Source: Candidatus Multivoradales bacterium
Lineage (GTDB): Bacteria; Acidobacteriota; Thermoanaerobaculia; Multivoradales; J023
Length of the DNA stretch: 64,000 bases
Assembly: GCA_965248925.1 (NCBI GenBank)
Contig: CBDFLE010000005.1
Coordinates: forward strand, 640,001 to 704,000
Direction: 5' to 3'
Below the pieces are notes generated by a model. It was not told the DNA's origin. It saw only the letters and a list, made by a program, of their open reading frames with translations, and did no database searches. The position numbers and the translations under genes are program-made. Positions 30,872-40,298 of this stretch are shown one piece after another. Position 1 is the stretch's first letter. Each line of letters begins with the position of its first letter.

Positions 30872-31537
30872 ATGCCTCTAATCGATTTCTTGAGCCACCT
30901 CCGCTATCCCACCACGGATTGGGACTTGGCACCCTACCTTGAGTTGCGCCGCCAGCGCGATGCGCTGCTGCGCTGGCCGGTGGCCGCTCTCGCCTGGCTG
31001 TCGCTGCCTCCAGCCGCGGTCAGCCTAGCTGGAGTGGCCTTGGCGGCCGGCACCTTGTGGACTTTCGGCGCCCGCCCGCTGCTGGCACTCCTGGCCTTTC
31101 TTGGAGCGCTGCTCGCCGACGCGCTTGACGGTGCATTGGCGCGGCGTCTGGGGCGCGGCGATCGCCGAGGCAAGTTGCTCGATCAGCTCTGCGACAGTGC
31201 TACTTTCATGCTGGTACTGGCCGCTTTGGCGCGGAGTGATCTGGTGGGCGACGGCTGGTGTCTGCTCGCCGCTGGAGTGGCGCTGGGTTTACAGCCGCTA
31301 GGAATATGGCATCACAATGCCTGCCACCCGAGCCTCGCCGGCATCTATCCCGGTGCTGGTTTTTTCGCCCACAGCCCAAAGGCCCTGGTGTATGCCGCAG
31401 TGTTGCTCTGGCTGACTCTCTCGGTCAATCTGCTCGAGCTAGCGATCATCACCGCCAACGGCCTGTCGCTGGTCTTCGCATTTGGCCTTGCCGCCAGCTT
31501 GCGCTGGCGCCGTTGCGGTCGGTCCGCTAGCCCCTGA
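30872..31537 (+). CDS. CDP-alcohol phosphatidyltransferase family protein
   Basis: DALDGALAR...GKLLDQLCD signature. Confidence 0.88.
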   Translation: MPLIDFLSHLRYPTTDWDLAPYLELRRQRDALLRWPVAALAWLSLPPAAVSLAGVALAAGTLWTFGARPLLALLAFLGALLADALDGALARRLGRGDRRGKLLDQLCDSATFMLVLAALARSDLVGDGWCLLAAGVALGLQPLGIWHHNACHPSLAGIYPGAGFFAHSPKALVYAAVLLWLTLSVNLLELAIITANGLSLVFAFGLAASLRWRRCGRSASP

Positions 31538-31557
31538 CAGCTACCTTCCCGCGGCCA

Positions 31558-31917
31558 TCAGAAGAGCTTGTGCTCCTGCCTTTTGCCGAGCAGCATCTTG
31601 TGCTCCAGGCGTTGACGATGTGCTTCGTAGAAGGCGAACAAGAAAACCCGCTCGTTGCCTGGCGGCAGTTCTTGAGGCCACTCGATCTTGCGCCCGACGC
31701 GCGAGGCAATCTGCTCCAGCAATTCCTGGTTGGCGTCGTTGGGGAGTCCTGATCGACCATCACCCAGCCGGTGGCACAGCCCAGAGCCATCACCAGGATT
31801 GAGATCACGACCGCCCAGCGCAGCCGCCAGACTTGCGCCGGAAAACCGCGCCAGAAGATCCGCGACCGCCGCCAACACTATCGGCAGCACCGTCCAGCTG
31901 CCGCCAAGGAGCGGCAA
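31558..31917 (-). CDS. small hypothetical protein
   Basis: ORF downstream of mscS with a hydrophobic N-terminus; an overlapping alternative frame exists (31527-31808). Confidence 0.3.
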   Translation of the reverse strand: MPLLGGSWTVLPIVLAAVADLLARFSGASLAAALGGRDLNPGDGSGLCHRLGDGRSGLPNDANQELLEQIASRVGRKIEWPQELPPGNERVFLFAFYEAHRQRLEHKMLLGKRQEHKLF

Positions 31918-31988
31918 CCGGGCCCTACTTCGACCCCAGGGAAGAAAACTCCCTTTTCAGCTCTTTAGGTCGCTGCCCGCTCAGCGGC

Positions 31989-33083
31989 TCAGGTTTCGGT
32001 GGTGCCCTCGCGGTTCACCGAGGGTCGATGGACTTGTAGATCCAGTTGGGGGAATGGAATCTTGATGCCCGCGGCGCGGAAGCGACGGTGCACTTCGCTG
32101 TTGAGACTGTCCAGGGTGCGCCCGCGCAACACCGGTTCCGCAATCCAAGTCAAGAGCTCAAAAGCCAGGCAGGAATCGTCGAAACGGCGGAAGCGAACTC
32201 GCGGTTCGGGATCCTCGCAAACTAGCGGCTCGTCCCGAGCGATGGCCATCAGCGCCTCGCGCACCTGGTCGATGTCGGAGTCGTAAGCCACCCCGACTCT
32301 GACCCGCACCCGGTGTTTCGACCATCTCCCGCCGCGTTCGTTGACAATCTTGGTGTTAGCGAGAATGGAGTTGGGAATCACCACCTCGATATCGTCCCGA
32401 GTCAGGACTCGACTCGAACGGATACCGATTTCCGTGACCTCACCGCGCAAACCGTCCTCCAGGACGATGAAATCGCCGACCGCAAATGGGCGATCCGTGA
32501 GGATCGAAATACCTGCGAAGAGGTTGGCCAGGGTGTCTTTGGCGGCCAGCCCCAAGGCCAATCCGAGAACTCCCGCAGAAGCTAACCAGCCGCTGATATC
32601 GGCCTTCCACGCCAGGAGCAGAAAGTAGACCGCGGCGCCGAACAACAGCACCCGCGCCAGATTGTCGAACACCGGCAGAGTTTGCGCCTGGATCAGCGGG
32701 AAACGGTGGCGATGACGGCTCAGCAGCTCGAGCACCAAATGGGTCAGGCGAAAACCGAAGGCCATCCAGAGCACGATGGCCAGGCTCTTCATCAACGCCA
32801 GGGTGTAGCGGTCCAAGCGCGGATGGTCGGTGATCCCAAGGCGCAGGCTGGCCAGGTGCACACCGATCAGCAGCAGGCTCCAGAACAGCGGCCAACGCAG
32901 GGCCTGTAACAACTGATCATCGACCTCGGTGTCCGTGCGCCGGGTCAGCAGCGGCAGCAAGCGCTGCACCAGTAGCCGGCTGATCGCCGCCCCGGCGAGG
33001 GCCGCAACGATGATGAGCAGGGCCTGTAAATAGCGATTGGGCGCCAGCTGAGTGATGGTCTCTAGAAGAGCTTCGTAATTCAC
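31989..33083 (-). CDS. mscS: small-conductance mechanosensitive channel family protein
   Basis: GLAAKDTLANLFAG, DRPFAVGD, IGIRSS, IPNS and GIKIPFPQ. Confidence 0.93.
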   Translation of the reverse strand: MNYEALLETITQLAPNRYLQALLIIVAALAGAAISRLLVQRLLPLLTRRTDTEVDDQLLQALRWPLFWSLLLIGVHLASLRLGITDHPRLDRYTLALMKSLAIVLWMAFGFRLTHLVLELLSRHRHRFPLIQAQTLPVFDNLARVLLFGAAVYFLLLAWKADISGWLASAGVLGLALGLAAKDTLANLFAGISILTDRPFAVGDFIVLEDGLRGEVTEIGIRSSRVLTRDDIEVVIPNSILANTKIVNERGGRWSKHRVRVRVGVAYDSDIDQVREALMAIARDEPLVCEDPEPRVRFRRFDDSCLAFELLTWIAEPVLRGRTLDSLNSEVHRRFRAAGIKIPFPQLDLQVHRPSVNREGTTET

Positions 33084-33268
33084 TGAATCTCCATCCGGTT
33101 TCTACTGATCATTCTAGACCTAGCTGGCAGTGGCGGCATGCCGACGGTGGACTTTCTATCGCCCGTCGTATGGGGACTTGGCGATCTGGCTATCGAGTTT
33201 ACGCGCCGATCGCGCTTTTCAACATGAAGCCAGAGTCAAGCCAAGCCTCGCAACCAGGAGTTCCAAAC

Positions 33269-36200
33269 ATGCGCAAGAAAGTCGAACCCATGTGGCGCCA
33301 AGAGCTGCGCAAGACCGCCATCGGTGGATTGATCTTCAGCCTATTGATAATGCCTTTCCCGACTGCTGTCTTTGCCCAGGGCGCGGTGGCGGTGGATCGC
33401 TTGGCTGGTGGATCCACCCAGTCGCCGCCCGCGGCTGAGAGCGGCAGTGTGAAGTTCATCGACCCGCCGCTGTTCCTGGATCCAGCATTGGATGCTGATG
33501 CCGACACGCCGGGAGTTCAGCTCGAACTCGAGCTCGACATTGCTTTCAGCGGCACCGCAACCGCTGACCTAGAACTCTACGTCAACAACATTCCGGCGGC
33601 CCTCGATCCACTGTTCTATAACGTCGGAGTCTATGGTGAGCCGGAGATTCACTCCCTGGTGAGTTCAGGATCCTTAACCGTCATGGTGACCCTAAATGAC
33701 GGGCTCAACACTTTCGGCGCGGCCTTGCGCGGCGCCAGCGGCAGCGGCTTGGCGGCGGACGCCACCGGTACCTACGTCGACCCGGACTTGGATGACACCA
33801 CATTCTGGGCCGGGGAAATCGCCGCTGTGTTGTACAGCATTGAGCAGCGAATTTTCGGCTCTACCGCCTCGGCCGGGGACCGGCAAGCCCTGACTGACAT
33901 CACCTCGTCACTGATCGACACCGTGCTATTGGCCCGCGACGATCCCCACGCCTGGATGCAGTTGCTACAGGCCAACACCGACGCCGCTTTGGCACTCTTA
34001 CAGCGGGTCTCCTATTTCGAAGTCACCGGCACCCTCGATGGCAGCGTACTGCCGAGGGCGGCTATCGATGCTACCGAGCAGGTGGTCACCATCGAAGTGC
34101 CCCTGAGCGGAGGCATGAGTGGCATACCCCAGAGCTTCGAACTGACCCTGCCCGACCGCACCCTCTCCGCCGCGGTGGTGACTTCGGAGGCCGGCAGCTA
34201 CAGCGTGCAATTCTCGTTTGATTTCAACGGCGTCAGCGCGACTATCGAGGTGCTCGGCGCGGTTCAGGGTGGGCAGTTGAACCTCGAGGTCACCACCCAT
34301 GACGTGCCGGTCGCCTTCACCCTCAGCTCGAGCGATCTCGACTTGCCGATCGAGTTGGCGACGACCCTCAGTGCTCGCGCGCGATTCAACCAGGGTGACG
34401 ATCTCCAGAGCATCGCCAGTGACTTGCATGCGGAGATCTATGAGATCAATGACTGCATCCTGATCATTATCATCATGTGCCTGGCGGGCGAGGACGGCGT
34501 AGACGGAAGCGATGGCAGCGATGGTGCCGATGGCTCCCCCGGCGCCAAGGGCGCCAAGGGTGAGAAGGGCGAGGCTGGCGATGTCGGCCCCGGTGGCGAC
34601 GGCGGTGCAGGCGGCGCCGGTGGAGCTCTAGGCGGCCCCGGCATCGGCGGACCCGGGGGAATGAAGGGCCTCAAAGGGGTGCGCGGAGGGGCTGGCTCGC
34701 CAGGTGACGGCGGTAACGGCGGCCCAGGAGGCTTCGCCGGCACCGGCGGTCTGGGTGGCACCGTGGGAATCAGCGCTGCCGACCTCAACCCATGGACCGC
34801 GCACTTGCTGTATTCCACCAGCGAAAAGGTGTTGGGGGATGCCTGGGGTGAGTTCAACACCAGCATCGCCGGCTACGAGTTGGCAGTGGGCACCGATGCC
34901 GGTCGGGTCTATGTGTTGACGCCGATCGCCAGCACCGCCCGCCTCGCTCTGCTCGGTGCCGATGGCGGCAGCGGCCTGATCGGCAAGACCGGTCAGGTCG
35001 GGCGCCGCGGCAACGCCGGGGGCACCGGTCTTACCGCCGGCAACGGCATCGCCGGTGGCAACGGCTATCCCGGCATCTGGGGCGGTTTCGCTGGCAATGG
35101 CGGCACGGGCGGGGTCGGTGGGGTGGGCCCCGACAACGGCAATGACGGCAAAGACGGCAATGACGGCCCCGACGGTGCCGATGGCAAAGATGCAACCAGC
35201 TCCGGTCAAGAAGGCGCCGATGGCGGCGACGGTGGCGATGGCGCCCCCTGTGGTGACGGTGGTAACGGCGGTGACGGGGGCAAAGGCGGCAAGGGTGGCG
35301 AGGGCGGCGCCGGTGGCAAAGGTGGCGATGGCGGTAAGGGTGGCACCGGCGGTAAGGGCGGCGCCGGCGGTGTGGGCGGTGTTGGCGGTAAGGGTGGCGA
35401 GGGCGGCAATGCCGGTCCTGGCGGCAACGGCGGCAAGGGCGGCGACGGCGGTAAGGGTGGCAAGGGCGGCACCGGCGGCCTTGGCGGAAGGGGAGGCCAA
35501 GGTGGTGTGGGTGGTCAAGGCGGCAAAGGCGCTCGCGGAGGCCTACTGCACGTCAGTGGCGGCCAAGCGGTACTGATGACTGACGGCATCAATGCCAGCT
35601 ACAGCGCTAGTCAGCTCAACTTCGATGGCACGGCGATCAATGACCTTGAAGCCGATCTTGTGTTCCCCGGCGATAGCCAGCATCGCATCGTGGTGGTCAC
35701 CGAGGGGGGCCGGGTCTACCTGGTCAACGGTTCCAGCGTGCAGTTGATCTTCACTCACAACGCGCCAATCAACGCGGTCGCGGTGTCCGACGTGGTCACC
35801 GTCAACAACGCGATGGAGATTGCGGTTGCGGCCGACAACGGCGTTCTCCTGCTCAGCTGGGACGGCAATCAGTGGAACGGCCTGCCGCTGCACGCCTCGG
35901 TGGGGGCGACGGTCAACGATGTGGATCTGGGGCAGCTGTGGGTCAACAACACACTGATTCCGGTGGTTGCCGCGGTCGATTCGGCAGGCAAGACCTGGTT
36001 GTCGCCGTTCTTGATTAGTTGGAGCTCGGCGTTCCAAATTTTCGCCAATACAGACGGTACACCGCTCAACGCGATCGCCATGCGGTTCTCGGACGACCCC
36101 ACTGCCGGGGCGCAAGGGCAAGGTGGGTTCAGCGGTTCAATGGGCTTGCAGGGAGCTCCCGGACAGTCGGGAACTCCAGGTATCGACGGCCAAGATGGCC

Positions 36201-37405
36201 AGCCCGGTATGCAAGGACAGATCGGTGCTTTCGGCGCCCCTGGCGCCAAGGGCGGGAAGGGTGCGATGGGTGCTGATGGGGGTGCTGGCAATGCTGGCGC
36301 CGATGGCGCGGAGGGGGTCGAAGGGAGTGGTCCCACCGGTTCGCCCCGGTCTCCGGGGACGGACGGCATGGACGGCATGGACGGTGTCGCCTGTGGTGAA
36401 GCTGGCGAAGATGGTGAAGCTGGCGAAGGCGGGGAAGATGGCGAAGACGGGGAACTTGGCATGCCGGGTGCCGATCAGCCCCAGGCCGCCATGGGCGCCG
36501 CGGTGGCTGCCGGCATGGTTGGCACCGTGGGTACAGCCGGAGGGGATGGCCAGGATCGCGAGAACATTCTGGTTCAGAACGGCACTGATGGACCCAACGG
36601 TGGCAACGCTGGACAAGGCTCGACAGGTCCGGGAATTGGCGGCCGGCCGCAGGCCGATCCTGGCGATCCCGGCCTTGACGGTGCCACCAGCGATCTCACC
36701 AAGCCCCTCTCTCCGACCTTGTTCTTTATCTACCTGGCGGGTGAGAACGGCGATCTGACCGAGCTGACTCTGAGCGGTGTGAGCTTCACCTCACGCCTCT
36801 ATTTCTCATCGAGCGAAGGTTTCACTGACGTCAAGCTGGGCTCTCTGGTCAGCAACTCCGCCGGCCCGGAAGTAGCTGTCGGCGGGCGCGCCAACCGGGT
36901 TTGGGTGCTTAGCGGTCCCTCGCTCGCGGGCACCGGTGTGGTGCTGCGAAGCACCACGACCAGCGACGATGTGGAGGAGCTGGTGATCATCCCCGCAGGG
37001 GATGGCGGTGTCGGGGGACCCGGTGGCCAGGGTGGCGGCGGTGGCATCGGAGGTCAGGGTGGCGTGGGTGGTCTCGGCGGCAATGGTGCACGGGGTGGCA
37101 ACGGCGGCGTGGGTGGCTTCGGTGGCCCAGGCGGCGGGGGTGGCAAGGGCGGCAAGGGTGGCAAAGGTGGCAAGGGCGCCAACGGTGGCGATGGCGGTGA
37201 CGGTGGCGATGGCAAAGATGGTGGTGACTCCACAGTGGGTGCGATCGCCGGTGTCGCCGGCGTCCTCGGTGTGGGTGGTCCCCCGAAGACCTGGATCATC
37301 ATCGTCTACATCAAGACCCCTGAGGTGGTGGTGCAAGAAGTCACCGGCCGACTGATAGGCGGCGGTACCCAGGTCGACGCGGTAGGGGTCGAGAAGGGCT
37401 TCTAG
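33269..37405 (+). CDS. large secreted protein with collagen-like / PGRS-like Gly-rich blocks inserted in an apparent beta-propeller
   Basis: aggag RBS, signal peptide ending AVFA, four (GXX)n blocks and repeated blade-like segments. Confidence 0.8.
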   Translation: MRKKVEPMWRQELRKTAIGGLIFSLLIMPFPTAVFAQGAVAVDRLAGGSTQSPPAAESGSVKFIDPPLFLDPALDADADTPGVQLELELDIAFSGTATADLELYVNNIPAALDPLFYNVGVYGEPEIHSLVSSGSLTVMVTLNDGLNTFGAALRGASGSGLAADATGTYVDPDLDDTTFWAGEIAAVLYSIEQRIFGSTASAGDRQALTDITSSLIDTVLLARDDPHAWMQLLQANTDAALALLQRVSYFEVTGTLDGSVLPRAAIDATEQVVTIEVPLSGGMSGIPQSFELTLPDRTLSAAVVTSEAGSYSVQFSFDFNGVSATIEVLGAVQGGQLNLEVTTHDVPVAFTLSSSDLDLPIELATTLSARARFNQGDDLQSIASDLHAEIYEINDCILIIIIMCLAGEDGVDGSDGSDGADGSPGAKGAKGEKGEAGDVGPGGDGGAGGAGGALGGPGIGGPGGMKGLKGVRGGAGSPGDGGNGGPGGFAGTGGLGGTVGISAADLNPWTAHLLYSTSEKVLGDAWGEFNTSIAGYELAVGTDAGRVYVLTPIASTARLALLGADGGSGLIGKTGQVGRRGNAGGTGLTAGNGIAGGNGYPGIWGGFAGNGGTGGVGGVGPDNGNDGKDGNDGPDGADGKDATSSGQEGADGGDGGDGAPCGDGGNGGDGGKGGKGGEGGAGGKGGDGGKGGTGGKGGAGGVGGVGGKGGEGGNAGPGGNGGKGGDGGKGGKGGTGGLGGRGGQGGVGGQGGKGARGGLLHVSGGQAVLMTDGINASYSASQLNFDGTAINDLEADLVFPGDSQHRIVVVTEGGRVYLVNGSSVQLIFTHNAPINAVAVSDVVTVNNAMEIAVAADNGVLLLSWDGNQWNGLPLHASVGATVNDVDLGQLWVNNTLIPVVAAVDSAGKTWLSPFLISWSSAFQIFANTDGTPLNAIAMRFSDDPTAGAQGQGGFSGSMGLQGAPGQSGTPGIDGQDGQPGMQGQIGAFGAPGAKGGKGAMGADGGAGNAGADGAEGVEGSGPTGSPRSPGTDGMDGMDGVACGEAGEDGEAGEGGEDGEDGELGMPGADQPQAAMGAAVAAGMVGTVGTAGGDGQDRENILVQNGTDGPNGGNAGQGSTGPGIGGRPQADPGDPGLDGATSDLTKPLSPTLFFIYLAGENGDLTELTLSGVSFTSRLYFSSSEGFTDVKLGSLVSNSAGPEVAVGGRANRVWVLSGPSLAGTGVVLRSTTTSDDVEELVIIPAGDGGVGGPGGQGGGGGIGGQGGVGGLGGNGARGGNGGVGGFGGPGGGGGKGGKGGKGGKGANGGDGGDGGDGKDGGDSTVGAIAGVAGVLGVGGPPKTWIIIVYIKTPEVVVQEVTGRLIGGGTQVDAVGVEKGF

Positions 37406-37452
37406 AGCGGGTGCGACCACCGTTTGCTAGCGGCCGAGTCTGAGGTTGCTCG

Positions 37453-37486
37453 GGCCCCGGGGCTTGCCTCGGGGCCTTGCTTGTCT
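37453..37486 (+). terminator. probable intrinsic terminator
   Basis: GGCCCCGGGG-CTTG-CCTCGGGGCC hairpin followed by ttgcttgtct, about 50 bp after the stop codon. Confidence 0.55.
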
Positions 37487-37619
37487 GGGCTGGCCCATGG
37501 AACGCTCGCGAATTAGTGTGATCTGCTATTCTCCCGCCGCCCCAAACGCTACCGGGTCGGCTGAAATCGCTGATTCGCGGTGGCTTTCCACGATCTTGGT
37601 CTTCCCGGACTTAATCTCC

Positions 37620-39194
37620 ATGAGCCAGCTTGCCGCCGAAGTCTCTCGCCGCCGCACCTTCGCGATCATTTCGCACCCGGATGCCGGCAAGACCACCCTG
37701 ACTGAGAAATTGCTGCTCTATGGCGGCGCGATTCAACTCGCTGGCGAGGTCAAGGCTCGTGGCGAGCGACGGCGGACGCGCTCGGACTGGATGAAGGTCG
37801 AGCGGGAGCGGGGAATTTCGGTCACCGTTTCGGTGATGACCTTCGACCACGGTAAATGCACCTTCAATCTGCTGGATACGCCGGGTCACGAGGACTTCAG
37901 CGAAGACACCTACCGTACTCTAACCGCGGTCGATTCGGCGGTCATGGTGCTCGATGCGGCGAAGGGCATCGAGGCCCAGACCCTGAAACTGTTCGAGGTC
38001 TGTCGGCTGCGCGACGTACCGATCATCACCTTCGTCAACAAGCTTGACCGCGACGGCCTGGAACCCCTCGAACTGATGGACGAGATCGAGGACAAGCTAC
38101 AGTTGGAAGTGACCCCGGCCAACTGGCCGATCGGCATGGGACAGTTGTTTCGTGGCAACTACGAATTGGCCAGCAATCGCTTGCTGCTCACTAGCGGCGA
38201 ACCGCGAGGAGAAGTTCTCGGCGGACTCGACGACCCCCGTCTCGAACAACACCTCGGTGGATCGGTCGCCGAAGAGCTGCGCGAAAATGCCGAGATGGCC
38301 CGCGAGCTGTGCCCGGCGTTCGATCGCGAGACCTATCGGGCGGGCAACCAGACGCCGGTGTTCTTCGGCAGCGCGCTGCGTAACTTCGGGGTCTTGCAAT
38401 TGCTCGATGCGATCGAGAGCCTGGCACCTCCTCCCTGTCCCCAAGCGACGGCGGAGCGGTTGGTGGAGCCGCTGGAGGAGTCGGTCAGTGGTTTTGTGTT
38501 CAAGATCCAAGCCAATATGGATCCACGACACCGCGACCGCATGGCGTTTGTCCGCCTCTGTTCCGGGCGCTTTCGCCGCGGCATGAAGCTGCATCATGTG
38601 CGCATTGGCAAGCAGCTCAACTTGCGCAATCCGGTGCTGTTCTTGGCCCGCGAAAGAGAGCTGGCTGAAGAAGCCTATGCTGGCGATATTTTTGGCATTC
38701 CCAACCATGGCAACCTGCGCATTGGCGACGCTTTGACCGAGGGAGAGCAGCTCCACTTCACGGGTATTCCGAGCTTTGCCCCCGAGCTGCTGCAGCGGGC
38801 ACGGCCCGAAGATCCGATGCGAGCTAAGCACCTCGGCAAGGCTCTATTTCAGCTCGCGGAAGAGGGCGCGGCCCAGGTATTCAAGCGCAAGATCGGCTCC
38901 GAGTGGATCGTCGGCGTCGCCGGAGCGCTGCAATTTGAGGTCCTGGCCGCCCGCTTGAGCACCGAGTACAAACTCGATGTGCGTTTCGAAGCCACCCAGC
39001 TCTTCACCGCTCGCTGGCTTGAAGCTGACGACCCGCGCTATCTGAAGAAGGTGGTCGACGCCAATGAAATAGCCATTGCCGAGGACCACAATGGCTCTCC
39101 GGTGTTGCTGGCCCGCAATGCCTGGCATCTCAACCGGACTGCCGAAGACTGGCCCGAAGTCCGGCTGCTGAAAACCAAGGAGCAGTTGCGGTAG
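37620..39194 (+). CDS. prfC: peptide chain release factor 3
   Basis: RRRTFAIISHPDAGKTT, DTPGHEDFSEDTYR and FKIQANMDPRHRDR. Confidence 0.97.
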   Translation: MSQLAAEVSRRRTFAIISHPDAGKTTLTEKLLLYGGAIQLAGEVKARGERRRTRSDWMKVERERGISVTVSVMTFDHGKCTFNLLDTPGHEDFSEDTYRTLTAVDSAVMVLDAAKGIEAQTLKLFEVCRLRDVPIITFVNKLDRDGLEPLELMDEIEDKLQLEVTPANWPIGMGQLFRGNYELASNRLLLTSGEPRGEVLGGLDDPRLEQHLGGSVAEELRENAEMARELCPAFDRETYRAGNQTPVFFGSALRNFGVLQLLDAIESLAPPPCPQATAERLVEPLEESVSGFVFKIQANMDPRHRDRMAFVRLCSGRFRRGMKLHHVRIGKQLNLRNPVLFLARERELAEEAYAGDIFGIPNHGNLRIGDALTEGEQLHFTGIPSFAPELLQRARPEDPMRAKHLGKALFQLAEEGAAQVFKRKIGSEWIVGVAGALQFEVLAARLSTEYKLDVRFEATQLFTARWLEADDPRYLKKVVDANEIAIAEDHNGSPVLLARNAWHLNRTAEDWPEVRLLKTKEQLR

Positions 39195-39284
39195 GCCCGG
39201 TTCTGGCATAATCCTCTACCCAACAAGATCTGTCTGGAGGTGTTTGGAGATGCTTGATCCTGAGAACGGCTGCGCGAGGAGCGT

Positions 39285-40274
39285 ATGAACGGCACGGCGA
39301 TTGGCCCGCTGGGCTTCGGTGGCTATTTGCCCGAAAGGGTGATGAGCAATGCCGATTGGGCCGAATTTGTCGACACCAGCGACTCGTGGATTATCGCCCG
39401 TACCGGCATCGAGCGACGGCGGATTGCCGCGGCAGAGCAGAGTACCGTCGATCTGGCCCTGGAGGCATCGCGCTCGGCACTTGCAGACTGCGATCTACGA
39501 GCCTCGGACGTTGACGAGATCATTGTCGCTACCGACACGCCGGAAGTGATGGTGCCGGACACAGCTTCCTTCCTGCAACATCGTCTGGGAGCGCGGGAGA
39601 TTCCGGCCTTCGACCTCGCCGGCAGCGGCTGCGCCGGTTTCGTGCAGGCTCTCGACGTGGCCCGCGCGCGAGTCATGCTGGGGGCCGAGCGAGTGTTGGT
39701 GGTGGGGGTTGAGGTGATCAGCCGGTGGCTGACTTGGAAACGGCGCGAAACCGATGTGCTGTTTGGCGACGCAGCGGCGGCGGCGGTGGTCGGTCGCCGC
39801 GACTTGGTAGCTGAGATTCTATCGGCCTGCGCCGGCACCGATGGCAGTCAGACCGAGATGCTGGGCTATCCAGCGATCGGTACCCGCCATCAACTGACCG
39901 TCGAAGATGTGGCCAGCGATCGACACAAGACGATCATCATGGATGGGCGGGCAGTGTTTCGCCACGCCGTGAGGCGAATGACCCAGGCTTCGCTAGAGGT
40001 CCTTGAGAAAGCTGGTAAGCAGCTGCAAGAGGTGGATCTGGTGATCCCGCACCAAGCCAACTTGCGCATTTTACGGGCTACCGCCGAACGCCTTGGCCTG
40101 CCGCGCGAGAAGCTCTACATCAATGTGCAGGAATACGGCAACACTGGCTCGGCCTCGGTGCCATTGGCGCTGTGGGAAGCGCGGCGCAACGGTCGCATCC
40201 AAACCGGCGATCTGGTGTTGGCGACCGCTTTCGGTGCCGGTTTCCATTGGGCTGCCGTGCTGCTGCAATTTTGA
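39285..40274 (+). CDS. fabH: 3-oxoacyl-ACP synthase III
   Basis: WIIARTGI, GCAGF (Cys), LFGDAA, PHQAN (His), YGNTG (Asn) and AFGAG. Confidence 0.92.
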   Translation: MNGTAIGPLGFGGYLPERVMSNADWAEFVDTSDSWIIARTGIERRRIAAAEQSTVDLALEASRSALADCDLRASDVDEIIVATDTPEVMVPDTASFLQHRLGAREIPAFDLAGSGCAGFVQALDVARARVMLGAERVLVVGVEVISRWLTWKRRETDVLFGDAAAAAVVGRRDLVAEILSACAGTDGSQTEMLGYPAIGTRHQLTVEDVASDRHKTIIMDGRAVFRHAVRRMTQASLEVLEKAGKQLQEVDLVIPHQANLRILRATAERLGLPREKLYINVQEYGNTGSASVPLALWEARRNGRIQTGDLVLATAFGAGFHWAAVLLQF

Positions 40275-40298
40275 ACAGCCAGCAGCTGGCTGGTTGGT

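Noticed and set aside
34438-37420. Pro-rich and Ala/Thr-rich minus-strand ORFs
   Set aside because: Antisense shadows of the Gly-repeat gene.
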